64,000 nucleotides of DNA from Escherichia phage moskry, in sequence record MN850651.1; one strand, 5' to 3'. Both the position numbers and the translations under genes were made by a program. Positions 51,857 to 60,478 of this stretch are shown here, one piece after another (position 1 is the first letter of the stretch; each line of letters begins with the position of its first letter). Below the pieces are notes generated by a model. The model was not told the origin of the DNA, made no database searches, and saw only the letters and a program-made list of their open reading frames with translations.

Positions 51857-52497
51857 TGAATAAACCCGAGTTACTTATTGAAACTTGGGGTCAACCCGGT
51901 GAGATTATTGATGGCGTTCCAATGTTGGAATCTCATGATGGAAAAGATTCTGGCTTAAAACCAGGGCTTTATATAGAAGGTATTTTTCTTCAGGCAGAGG
52001 TTGTTAACCGAAATAAACGTTTATATCCTAAACGCGTTTTGGAAAAAGCAGTAAGTGACTATATTAAAGAACAAGTCGCAACCAAACAAGCCCTTGGAGA
52101 ATTAAACCATCCACCTCGTGCAAATGTTGACCCTATGCAAGCCGCTATCATTATTGAAGATATGTGGTGGAAAGGAAACGATGTATATGGACGTGCTAGA
52201 ATTATTGAAGGCGACCATGGTCCCGGCGATAAATTAGCTGCTAATATACGAGCTGGTTGGATTCCAGGTGTTTCCTCTCGTGGTCTTGGTTCTTTAACCG
52301 ACACCAATAAAGGGTACCGTATCGTGAACGAAGGATTTAAATTAACCGTCGGCGTAGATGCCGTATGGGGACCTTCTGCTCCAGATGCTTGGGTTACTCC
52401 TAAACAAATATCAGAATCAGAAAATTCGGTGGAAATCACCAAAAACAGTGCTGACGAAGCATTTAAAGCTCTCGCAGAGAGTTTAAAAGCATTATAA
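51856..52497 (+). CDS. 21: Prohead core scaffold protease gp21
   Basis: 213 aa (T4 gp21 is 212); gene order 68-21-22-23. Confidence 0.85.
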   Translation: MNKPELLIETWGQPGEIIDGVPMLESHDGKDSGLKPGLYIEGIFLQAEVVNRNKRLYPKRVLEKAVSDYIKEQVATKQALGELNHPPRANVDPMQAAIIIEDMWWKGNDVYGRARIIEGDHGPGDKLAANIRAGWIPGVSSRGLGSLTDTNKGYRIVNEGFKLTVGVDAVWGPSAPDAWVTPKQISESENSVEITKNSADEAFKALAESLKAL

Positions 52498-52500
52498 ATA
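52493..52500 (+). promoter_or_regulatory. Late promoter TATAAATA for gene 22
   Basis: Exact TATAAATA overlapping the gene 21 stop, 31 nt upstream of ATG 52531. Confidence 0.6.
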
Positions 52501-52530
52501 ATAATGTAATCTAAACCACAGGACACTAAA

Positions 52531-53343
52531 ATGATCAAAGAACAACTTTTGAAAGAAGCTCAGAACATCGAGACTTCAGTTGCTCTTAATAGTGTTTTCG
52601 AATCAGTAGAACTGTCTCCGGACGTTAAAGCTAATTTCAGCACTGTATTCGAAGCCACCGTTAAGCAGGAAGCAGTCAAACTGGCTGAATCTCATATCAA
52701 AGCCATCGCCGAAAAGGCCGAAGAAGAAGTTGAAAAGGCTAAAGAAGATGCTGAAGAGAAAGCTGATAAAAAATTGGCTGAACAAGCTTCTAAATTCCTA
52801 GACCATCTTGCAAAAGAATGGCTCGCAGAAAACCAAATCGCAGTTGATAAAGGCATTAAAGCTGATTTGTTCGAATCCATGCTTGGTGGTCTGAAAGAAC
52901 TGTTTGTTGAACATAACGTTGTTGTTCCAGAAGAATCCGTAGATGTTGTAGCAGAAATGGAAGAAGAGCTGGCCGAACATAAAGAAGAAACCGCTCGTTT
53001 GTTCGAAGAAGTTACCAAACGTGATGCATATATCAATTACGTTCAGCGTGAAACCGCTATTAATGAAAGCGTAAAAGACCTGACTGAATCTCAGAAAGAA
53101 AAAGTTATTGGCCTGGTTGAAGGTATGGATTATTCTGACGCATTTGGTACTAAGTTAACTGCTATTGTAGAAATGGTTAAAGGTTCTACTAAAGAAGAAG
53201 CCGCTATTACCGAAAGTATAAATACAGTTGACAATGACGCTGCCGGTCTTAATTTTGTTGCCGAAGCAGTTGACACTACCACAACTCAGGTAGAACAGAA
53301 TTCTAATGTAAGTTTATATGCGAAAGTCGCATCTCGTTTCTAA
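52531..53343 (+). CDS. 22: Prohead core scaffold protein gp22
   Basis: 270 aa (T4 gp22 is 269); acidic coiled coil. Confidence 0.85.
   Translation: MIKEQLLKEAQNIETSVALNSVFESVELSPDVKANFSTVFEATVKQEAVKLAESHIKAIAEKAEEEVEKAKEDAEEKADKKLAEQASKFLDHLAKEWLAENQIAVDKGIKADLFESMLGGLKELFVEHNVVVPEESVDVVAEMEEELAEHKEETARLFEEVTKRDAYINYVQRETAINESVKDLTESQKEKVIGLVEGMDYSDAFGTKLTAIVEMVKGSTKEEAAITESINTVDNDAAGLNFVAEAVDTTTTQVEQNSNVSLYAKVASRF
53217..53224 (+). promoter_or_regulatory. Candidate late promoter TATAAATA within the 3' end of gene 22 (for gene 23)
   Basis: Exact TATAAATA about 137 nt upstream of ATG 53361. Confidence 0.45.
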
Positions 53344-53360
53344 TTTAAAGGTTAACACAA

Positions 53361-54929
53361 ATGACTACTATCAAAACTAAAGCTCAGCTCGTAGACAAAT
53401 GGAAAGAACTGCTGGAAGGTGAAGGCCTGCCGGAAATCGCTAATAGCAAGCAGGCTATTATCGCTAAAATCTTCGAAAACCAGGAAAAAGATTTCGAAGT
53501 ATCCCCTGAATATAAAGACGAGAAAATCGCTCAGGCATTTGGTTCTTTCTTGACCGAAGCTGAAATTGGTGGTGACCATGGTTATAATGCTCAGAACATC
53601 GCAGCAGGTCAAACCTCTGGTGCAGTAACCCAAATTGGGCCGGCAGTTATGGGTATGGTTCGTCGTGCTATTCCTAATCTGATTGCTTTTGATATTTGTG
53701 GTGTTCAGCCTATGAACAGCCCGACCGGTCAGGTATTTGCTCTCCGTGCAGTATATGGTAAAGACCCTATCGCTGCTGGCGCTAAAGAAGCTTTCCATCC
53801 GATGTATGCCCCAGACGCGATGTTCTCTGGTCAGGGTGCTGCTAAGAAATTCCCAGCTCTGGCTGCTGACACTACTACTGTTGTAGGTGATATCTATACT
53901 CACTTCTTCCAAGAAACTGGTACCGTATATCTGCAAGCTTCTGCTATCGTAACACTTGATTCTAGTGCAACTGATGCAGCTAAATTAGATGCAGAAGTTA
54001 AGAAACAAATGGAAGCTGGTGCACTGGTAGAAATCGCTGAAGGTATGGCTACTTCTATCGCTGAACTTCAGGAAGGTTTCAACGGTTCTACCGATAACCC
54101 ATGGAATGAAATGGGCTTCCGTATCGATAAACAAGTTATCGAAGCTAAATCTCGTCAGCTGAAAGCTGCTTACTCTATCGAATTAGCACAAGACCTCCGT
54201 GCAGTACACGGTATGGATGCTGATGCTGAACTGAGCGGTATTCTGGCTACAGAAATTATGCTAGAAATCAACCGTGAAGTTGTTGATTGGATTAACTACT
54301 CTGCACAGGTTGGTAAATCTGGTATGACCCTGACTCCGGGTTCTAAAGCTGGCGTATTTGACTTCCAGGACCCGATTGATATCCGTGGTGCTCGTTGGGC
54401 CGGTGAAAGCTTTAAATCTCTGTTGTTCCAGATTGATAAAGAAGCAGTTGAAATTGCTCGTCAAACCGGTCGTGGTGAAGGTAACTTCATTATCGCTTCC
54501 CGTAACGTAGTTAACGTACTGGCTTCAGTTGATACTGGTATTTCTTACGCTGCGCAGGGTCTGGCTTCTGGTTTTAATACCGACACTACTAAGTCTGTAT
54601 TTGCCGGTGTACTTGGTGGTAAATACCGCGTATACATCGACCAGTATGCTAAACAGGATTACTTCACCGTTGGTTACAAAGGCGCTAACGAAATGGATGC
54701 AGGTATTTACTATGCTCCTTACGTTGCACTTACCCCGCTGCGTGGTTCCGATCCTAAGAACTTCCAGCCGGTAATGGGCTTCAAAACTCGTTACGGTATC
54801 GGTGTTAACCCGTTTGCTGAAAGTTCCCTGCAGGCTCCAGGTGCTCGCATCCAGTCCGGTATGCCGTCTATCCTGAACAGCCTTGGTAAGAACGCTTACT
54901 TCCGCCGTGTATATGTAAAAGGCATCTAA
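53361..54929 (+). CDS. 23: Major capsid protein gp23
   Basis: 522 aa (T4 gp23 is 521); N-terminus closely matches recalled T4 gp23 (KWK.LLEGEGLPEIANSKQAIIAKIFENQEKDF...). Confidence 0.95.
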   Translation: MTTIKTKAQLVDKWKELLEGEGLPEIANSKQAIIAKIFENQEKDFEVSPEYKDEKIAQAFGSFLTEAEIGGDHGYNAQNIAAGQTSGAVTQIGPAVMGMVRRAIPNLIAFDICGVQPMNSPTGQVFALRAVYGKDPIAAGAKEAFHPMYAPDAMFSGQGAAKKFPALAADTTTVVGDIYTHFFQETGTVYLQASAIVTLDSSATDAAKLDAEVKKQMEAGALVEIAEGMATSIAELQEGFNGSTDNPWNEMGFRIDKQVIEAKSRQLKAAYSIELAQDLRAVHGMDADAELSGILATEIMLEINREVVDWINYSAQVGKSGMTLTPGSKAGVFDFQDPIDIRGARWAGESFKSLLFQIDKEAVEIARQTGRGEGNFIIASRNVVNVLASVDTGISYAAQGLASGFNTDTTKSVFAGVLGGKYRVYIDQYAKQDYFTVGYKGANEMDAGIYYAPYVALTPLRGSDPKNFQPVMGFKTRYGIGVNPFAESSLQAPGARIQSGMPSILNSLGKNAYFRRVYVKGI

Positions 54930-54953
54930 TCTTAATTGATTAAATCTTATTTT

Positions 54954-54983
54954 GGGAGACTTCGGTCTCCCATTTTTGGTTTT
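54954..54983 (+). terminator. Intrinsic terminator after gene 23
   Basis: Stem GGGAGAC-TTCG-GTCTCCC followed by a T-rich run. Confidence 0.7.
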
Positions 54984-55251
54984 ATTTCTGTGCAATTTTG
55001 ATGTAAGTTTTCAAAATATTTTGCCAATTAGGCATACCTTCTTGGATATATGCTGGAGAACCGTCTTTGTTTTTGAATGATGCAAGTTTATCAGTGGCCC
55101 AATAACCTTTAGCTCGAGCTTCAGAATCAACTTTCATCCATACTTTGTTGAAGGCATTACCATTAACTTTTGCACCATATTTTTCTACTAACTTAACTGC
55201 TTCAGCTTCCAGAACTTTTAAAGTATCTCGTAAGAAACGTGCTTTAGTCAT
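54982..55251 (-). CDS. Small basic protein on the opposite strand between genes 23 and 24
   Basis: 89 aa; ATG in the same leader (GTCATTTTGTTTACTCCTCTG on plus strand) as the ORF at 18362; SD GAGGAG. Confidence 0.5.
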   Translation of the reverse strand: MTKARFLRDTLKVLEAEAVKLVEKYGAKVNGNAFNKVWMKVDSEARAKGYWATDKLASFKNKDGSPAYIQEGMPNWQNILKTYIKIAQK

Positions 55252-55260
55252 TTTGTTTAC

Positions 55261-55312
55261 TCCTCTGTAGTTGATAAGTCTATAGTATCATATACCAAAT
55301 ACGTTGTAAACA
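55261..55312 (-). promoter_or_regulatory. PeSL-like early promoter cassette inside the late module
   Basis: Near-duplicate of 18371..18422; minus reading GTTTACA, spacer, TACTAT-like -10. Confidence 0.5.
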
Positions 55313-55317
55313 ATCTT

Positions 55318-55325
55318 TATAAATA
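55318..55325 (+). promoter_or_regulatory. Late promoter TATAAATA for gene 24
   Basis: Exact TATAAATA 28 nt upstream of ATG 55353. Confidence 0.6.
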
Positions 55326-55352
55326 ATCTATATCACATAAGGAAAAAATGCA

Positions 55353-56636
55353 ATGAGTAAAATCCAAAAATTATTGCGTGAATCTACAACGTCTACTAGC
55401 AACTCAATTGGTCGCCCAAATCTCGTTGCTTTGACTCGCGCTACGACTAAATTAATATATTCTGACATTGTAGCAACACAAAGAACTAATCAACCTGTTG
55501 CTGCTTTTTATGGTATCAAATATCTTAACCCAGATAACGAATTCACATTTAAAACTGGCGCTACTTATGCGGGTGAAGCTGGATACGTAGACCGAGAAAA
55601 AATTACTGAGCTCACAGAAGAATCAAAAGTCACACTAAATAAAGGCGATTTTTTCAAATATAATAATATCGTCTATAAAGTGTTAGAAGATACACCATTT
55701 GCAGATATTCAAGAAAGTGATCTAGAATTAGCTCTTCAGATTGCAGTCGTTCATTTAAAGGTACGGTTATTTTCAGATGCAGCGGTAACAAGCAAATTTG
55801 AAAGCTCTGATAGCGAAATTTCTGATGCAAGATTCCAGATTAATAAATGGCAAACTTCAGTCAAATCTCGTAAACTTAAAACTGGTCTCACGGTTGAATT
55901 AGCGCAAGATTTGGAAGCGAATGGATTTGATGCCCCTAACTTCTTAGAAGATTTGCTTGCTACTGAAATGGCAGATGAAATTAATAAAGATATTCTTCAG
56001 TCTTTAATTACTGTATCGAAACGTTATAAAGTTACTGGAATTACTGACACTGGATTTATTGACTTGAGCTATGCGTCAGCTCCAGAAGCAGGTCGTTCAT
56101 TATATCGAATGGTGTGTGAAATGGTATCACACATTCAAAAAGAGACAACTTATACTGCAACGTTTTGTGTAGCCTCAGCTCGTGCAGCTGCTATTCTTGC
56201 TGCTTCTGGTTGGTTAAAACATAAGCCAGAAGATGACAAGTATCTTTCACAAAATGCTTATGGATTCTTGGCAAATGGATTACCTCTTTACTGCGATACC
56301 AACAGCCCGTTAGATTATGTTATTGTGGGTGTTGTAGAAAATCTCGGCGAAAAAGAAATTGTAGGGTCCATCTTTTATGCTCCATACACTGAAGGAGTAG
56401 ATTTAGATGACCCAGAACATGTCGGTGCTTTTAAAGTTGTAGTTGATCCAGAAAGCTTGCAACCGTCTATCGGATTATTGGTTAGATATGCTTTATCAGC
56501 AAATCCTTACACAGTAGCAAAAGACGAAAAAGAAGCGAGAATAATTGATGGTGGGGACATGGATAAAATGGCAGGACGTTCAGACTTGTCTGTTTTACTC
56601 GGTGTTAAATTGCCTAAAATTATTATAGATGAATAA
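55353..56636 (+). CDS. 24: Capsid vertex protein gp24
   Basis: 427 aa, the T4 gp24 length; gp23-like fold expected; follows gene 23. Confidence 0.85.
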   Translation: MSKIQKLLRESTTSTSNSIGRPNLVALTRATTKLIYSDIVATQRTNQPVAAFYGIKYLNPDNEFTFKTGATYAGEAGYVDREKITELTEESKVTLNKGDFFKYNNIVYKVLEDTPFADIQESDLELALQIAVVHLKVRLFSDAAVTSKFESSDSEISDARFQINKWQTSVKSRKLKTGLTVELAQDLEANGFDAPNFLEDLLATEMADEINKDILQSLITVSKRYKVTGITDTGFIDLSYASAPEAGRSLYRMVCEMVSHIQKETTYTATFCVASARAAAILAASGWLKHKPEDDKYLSQNAYGFLANGLPLYCDTNSPLDYVIVGVVENLGEKEIVGSIFYAPYTEGVDLDDPEHVGAFKVVVDPESLQPSIGLLVRYALSANPYTVAKDEKEARIIDGGDMDKMAGRSDLSVLLGVKLPKIIIDE

Positions 56637-56639
56637 ACA

Positions 56640-56669
56640 AAAAAAAAAGGGACCTTACGGTCCCTTTTT
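56640..56669. terminator. Bidirectional intrinsic terminator
   Basis: A9 run, stem GGGACC-TTAC-GGTCCC, T5 run; lies between convergent genes 24 (plus) and rnlB (minus). Confidence 0.75.
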
Positions 56670-56671
56670 CG

Positions 56672-57670
56672 TTATGATACTAATTCAATCCATGCAGGAC
56701 GCAGAACATCTTGCACCATTCTGACTAATTCTTTCTTAACAAGATTCGGATTATCAGATGATGTTAATACAATACCTTCACGAGAAGTTTCTTCCAGAAT
56801 ATCTTGAACAGTCAATCCCATCACTTTGCCAAAATCTTTTGGCGTTACAGTCCCAATCTTAGAAATCACATTATTAATACGATTTAATGTAACATAACAA
56901 GCTAGAACATCAAGCAAGTTTTTGTCAGTTTCGGTTAATGGAACCTGAGTTTTAATAGGCTTATCAGACTTTTTCTTTTCACTGAATTTAGAGTTCTTGC
57001 ACTTAATAGCTACACGAGTACCGTTTGGCAGCCATTTAGGGAAACAGGGCTTCAGAACATAACCTTCTGCCGTATTATCGCCAATAACATTAGCATCAAA
57101 TACGCAATTATTTGCTTCGACAAGGTCTTCCGATGCCGTGGCGTTATAAGCGGCTAAGACGGAATCAAGGTCATTTGGAATCATGATAAGAGAATCAAAT
57201 GTTCCACGTCCAAGCATTGGTGCCATTTTAAAACCGAATTCATTACAGAAATCTTGCATTTCGTAATCGGTCAAATACGTATTATCACCACTTTCTGTAT
57301 TGATAAGGATATCGAACACGTAAAAATCTTTTTCACCGTAGTCAACACCTTTCTGGATTCCACCACCAGCGAATTCACCGAATACTTGATATGATACGGC
57401 TCGAGCTGTGTACATGAATTCCTGAACGGCTTTAATAGCTTTATCATACTTCTTGAGTATGATTTCATAACCATAAAAATCTTCTGCTGGAAGAATAGGG
57501 CCTGTGCGCTTGGCGCATGTGACGTTGTCACGTTCAATTATTAACGAGAAGTTAGTCCCATGGATTTTCTCACGTGCTACCCAAACACCAGTAGTCAAAC
57601 CATTAGTGTAGAGTTTTTCAATAAACTTAGAGTTGTAGTGGTTTTCAAGACTGCTGTATTTCTTAAACAT
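56672..57670 (-). CDS. rnlB: RNA ligase 2
   Basis: 332 aa (T4 Rnl2 is 334); nucleotidyltransferase lysine motif KIHGTNF; long identical stretches to recalled T4 Rnl2 at both ends. Confidence 0.9.
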   Translation of the reverse strand: MFKKYSSLENHYNSKFIEKLYTNGLTTGVWVAREKIHGTNFSLIIERDNVTCAKRTGPILPAEDFYGYEIILKKYDKAIKAVQEFMYTARAVSYQVFGEFAGGGIQKGVDYGEKDFYVFDILINTESGDNTYLTDYEMQDFCNEFGFKMAPMLGRGTFDSLIMIPNDLDSVLAAYNATASEDLVEANNCVFDANVIGDNTAEGYVLKPCFPKWLPNGTRVAIKCKNSKFSEKKKSDKPIKTQVPLTETDKNLLDVLACYVTLNRINNVISKIGTVTPKDFGKVMGLTVQDILEETSREGIVLTSSDNPNLVKKELVRMVQDVLRPAWIELVS

Positions 57671-57761
57671 AAATCACCATTATAAATAATAATATCAAAA
57701 TAATTAGCAGAGACTCTGTCTCCGACCAGATGTTTAATTTGAATGGATAGAACCTAGATTC

Positions 57762-57788
57762 ATTATACCATCAAAAAATGTAAAGCAT
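57762..57788 (-). promoter_or_regulatory. Candidate MotA-type middle promoter for rnlB
   Basis: Minus reading ATGCTTTA (MotA-box-like), 13 nt, TATAAT. Confidence 0.3.
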
Positions 57789-57789
57789 A

Positions 57790-58041
57790 TTAGAACTTGA
57801 TTTCTATCCAATGACCATCACGCTGGTCGTGATTAATTTTATACTGAAAGCCATTATCACGTAACCACTGCCCGACTTGCTCAGTGATAGTTAAATCATT
57901 CTTTGACGGATAGTATGTAAATTGTGTCTGGCCTTTATCAGCGGCTTTCTCTGCCATCACAGAGAAGTTAGTAATAAAATCACTCAACAAATTAGCTTTA
58001 GTGGCCAGAGCCCTTTCTCTTAATTCCTGTGCAAAACTCAT
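57790..58041 (-). CDS. Hypothetical protein (24.2 position)
   Basis: 83 aa; ATG start. Confidence 0.5.
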   Translation of the reverse strand: MSFAQELRERALATKANLLSDFITNFSVMAEKAADKGQTQFTYYPSKNDLTITEQVGQWLRDNGFQYKINHDQRDGHWIEIKF

Positions 58042-58232
58042 TTCTTCACCTTTTTGTTAATCAAACGTTTACGGTATACAACTTTTTCTTTTGCTTTAAA
58101 CTTTGACCGAGCTGTCTCGGCTTTAGTCCATAGTAATCCAACTTCTTTAGGTTGTAAACCGATTTTTTGAGCAATTTCTACGAATGAAAATCCCGCCTCA
58201 TGTAATGTATAAACTTCAACTTCAGCTCTCAT
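58038..58232 (-). CDS. Hypothetical small basic protein (24.3 position)
   Basis: ORF track starts at TTG 58238; ATG at codon 3; 64 aa. Confidence 0.45.
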   Translation of the reverse strand: MRAEVEVYTLHEAGFSFVEIAQKIGLQPKEVGLLWTKAETARSKFKAKEKVVYRKRLINKKVKK

Positions 58233-58310
58233 AATCAATCCCGTATTATTTGGTTTGTGCCATTATATACATCAATCTCAAGATGTGTTTTGTATGCTTT
58301 AAAAACGAAG

Positions 58311-58329
58311 AAAGGGGCCGAAGCCCCTT
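58311..58329 (-). terminator. Intrinsic terminator after hoc
   Basis: Stem AGGGGC-CGAA-GCCCCT followed on the minus transcript by a U-rich run. Confidence 0.55.
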
Positions 58330-58331
58330 GA

Positions 58332-59750
58332 TTATGGATATGTATAGATGATACCAGTTTCCAAAGCAGTTTTATGGATGATGTATCCATTACGTGATTC
58401 TTGAACATCAACTTCTGGATAATCTTTCATCATCTTCTGAAGAGTGTAACGATGCAGGTAGTATTTACTATCTGGATCTTCAGTTTTCCAATCTTTACCT
58501 TCTTCAGTCATTTTTTGGATTTCATCCATAACCCACCATCCGCACCAGATGTAAGCTGAAGTACGATGTGGAAGAGGATGAACATAAGGTAATTCACCTT
58601 CTGGTTCTGGAGCAACTTTATCGGTTACCTGAACTTGACCTTCTGCTGTAATAGTTTTGCTATCGTAATCAGTTGCAGTAATAGTTGCAGTAACTTCAAT
58701 AGTTTGACTTCCAATAGATGAGGTATCAACGGTATATACATTAGTTGACCCTTCTACAGGAGAAGAATCTTTCTTCCATGAATACTCAATTTGCGCTTCT
58801 TCTGGAGCATCAGTGACATTAGCGGTAAATGTAGCCGAAGCATCTTGCTGAACGTTAATAGAAGGAGGAGTCAATGTAACCCGTGGATTCATTGTCTTCT
58901 TATTAACCGTTAATGATACTTCATTCGAAGTAACTTCCTTTGCATCATAATCTGTCGCGGTTACTTGGGCTACACATTTAATTCTTTTTACCCCGCTTGT
59001 AGTCGGAGTATAGCTAAATGTAGAGTTAGTTTCTCCACCAACCTGTGAATCATCTACATACCACTGATACGTAGCAGACGCTCCAACCGGTTGAGAAGCT
59101 AAGGCAGCAGTAAATTGAACTGGGGTTCCAATTACTCCGGCTGAAGGACTATTGGGAGTTACTGCCAACGTAGTTGTCTGTGTCTTTTTATTAACAGTCA
59201 GTGACACTTCATTAGAAGTAACGCTTAGTGCGTCATAATCTGTTGCGGTTACTTGAGCCACACACTTAATTCTTTTTACCCCGCTTTCGGCAGGAGTGTA
59301 ATTGAACGTAGCGTTAGTTGCTTCACCAACAGGAGAATCATCTACATACCATTGATAAGTAGCGTTTGCGCCTGATGGCTGCGAAGCTAAAGCGGCAGTA
59401 AATTGAATAGCTGTTCCTATTACTCCAGCGTCAGGGCTATTAGGAGTTACAGCTAAGGTAGTCGTTTGTGTCTTGTTTTGAACTGTGATAGTTGTAGTAG
59501 CTTCTGCTGTTTCAGCTTCAGCTTCTGGAACTGTATTTGTTGCAACTACTTTAATAGTCTTTTGACCGGCAGGTCCTTTTAGTACATAACTAAAAGTTGC
59601 TTCAGCTCCATCTTGTGGAACATCATCCACAGACCAAGCATATGTAATAGGTCCATCTCCAGTTTGACCACTGGGTGTAGCAGTAAACTGCTTAGTCTCA
59701 TCTATAACTCCAGTAGGTGTTTTAGGAGTTATATCAACTGTAAAAGCCAT
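58332..59750 (-). CDS. hoc: Head outer capsid protein Hoc with an extra Ig-like domain
   Basis: 472 aa (recalled T4 Hoc is 376); N- and C-termini match recalled T4 Hoc; two near-identical 96-aa Ig-like repeats. Confidence 0.85.
   Translation of the reverse strand: MAFTVDITPKTPTGVIDETKQFTATPSGQTGDGPITYAWSVDDVPQDGAEATFSYVLKGPAGQKTIKVVATNTVPEAEAETAEATTTITVQNKTQTTTLAVTPNSPDAGVIGTAIQFTAALASQPSGANATYQWYVDDSPVGEATNATFNYTPAESGVKRIKCVAQVTATDYDALSVTSNEVSLTVNKKTQTTTLAVTPNSPSAGVIGTPVQFTAALASQPVGASATYQWYVDDSQVGGETNSTFSYTPTTSGVKRIKCVAQVTATDYDAKEVTSNEVSLTVNKKTMNPRVTLTPPSINVQQDASATFTANVTDAPEEAQIEYSWKKDSSPVEGSTNVYTVDTSSIGSQTIEVTATITATDYDSKTITAEGQVQVTDKVAPEPEGELPYVHPLPHRTSAYIWCGWWVMDEIQKMTEEGKDWKTEDPDSKYYLHRYTLQKMMKDYPEVDVQESRNGYIIHKTALETGIIYTYP
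58894..59469 (-). repeat. Tandem direct repeat, 2 x 288 bp, within hoc
   Basis: Units starting 58894 and 59182 are about 85 percent identical; each encodes one KKTQTTTLAVTPNSP...SLTVNKKT Ig-like domain. Confidence 0.7.
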
Positions 59751-59759
59751 AACTTATCC

Positions 59760-60428
59760 TTATTTTAATGTTACGAAAGAAGAATTACGAGTTTCACGAA
59801 TTAGAACTGATCCATCGCGATTAATATAATAAATTAAGCTAAATAATGTTTGGTGAGCAGAAGCATGCACAAAACTAGTTGGGCGAGATTTCCAATCTGG
59901 GGTTTCGGCTATCCATTGATAAATCCACCAAGGAACAGTAACATATCCTGGGCCTTTGCCTAATTTAATGAGTGTAGGACTAAAATTTTCAGGCAGAACA
60001 AATTTTACTTCTTTATTTACCTCTGGTTCAGGCTCTTTTTCGGATTCAACAATCTGAGTAATTGCTTCTTCGAATTTATCATGGTCGAATTCTTTTTCTT
60101 GTTCGACAACTTCTAATACTTCAACTTGTTCTGTTGGAGAATCAAACAACAGAATAGCTTCTTCTTTAACTTCTTCGTTGGTGAAATTAACACCGTCCAC
60201 ATCATCTGCGGCAGTAATTAAATCGGTGATAGATAATCCATCAGTTTCAGGTAATGGTTCATCAGCCAGTGCGTTAAGAGCTTCTTCGATATCAATAACA
60301 ATATTATCGAATGATTTTGTTTTCTTAACACTAATGCCAAATTGTTCCGCGTATTCAAACAGTTTAGCTTTGGCTTCCTTTTTATCAGAAAGAGCACGTA
60401 ACTCTTCAATATAGTCTTTATCGATCAT
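59760..60428 (-). CDS. inh: Inhibitor of prohead protease (Inh)
   Basis: 222 aa (T4 Inh is 226); acidic; position between hoc and uvsW. Confidence 0.6.
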   Translation of the reverse strand: MIDKDYIEELRALSDKKEAKAKLFEYAEQFGISVKKTKSFDNIVIDIEEALNALADEPLPETDGLSITDLITAADDVDGVNFTNEEVKEEAILLFDSPTEQVEVLEVVEQEKEFDHDKFEEAITQIVESEKEPEPEVNKEVKFVLPENFSPTLIKLGKGPGYVTVPWWIYQWIAETPDWKSRPTSFVHASAHQTLFSLIYYINRDGSVLIRETRNSSFVTLK

Positions 60429-60441
60429 GGTATTTCCTCAT

Positions 60442-60449
60442 TATAAATA
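60442..60449 (+). promoter_or_regulatory. Late promoter TATAAATA for uvsW
   Basis: Exact TATAAATA 30 nt upstream of ATG 60479. Confidence 0.55.
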
Positions 60450-60478
60450 TAACTATATTTATTACATGGTAATTTGAC

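Noticed and set aside
53361-54929. Possible intron or homing endonuclease inside gene 23 or other large late genes
   Set aside because: All large late genes are uninterrupted and within 1-3 codons of their T4 lengths.
60429-60478. Late promoter for inh and hoc on the minus strand
   Set aside because: The best candidate reads AATAAATA on the minus strand, one mismatch from consensus, and overlaps the exact plus-strand TATAAATA for uvsW; not called without transcript data.
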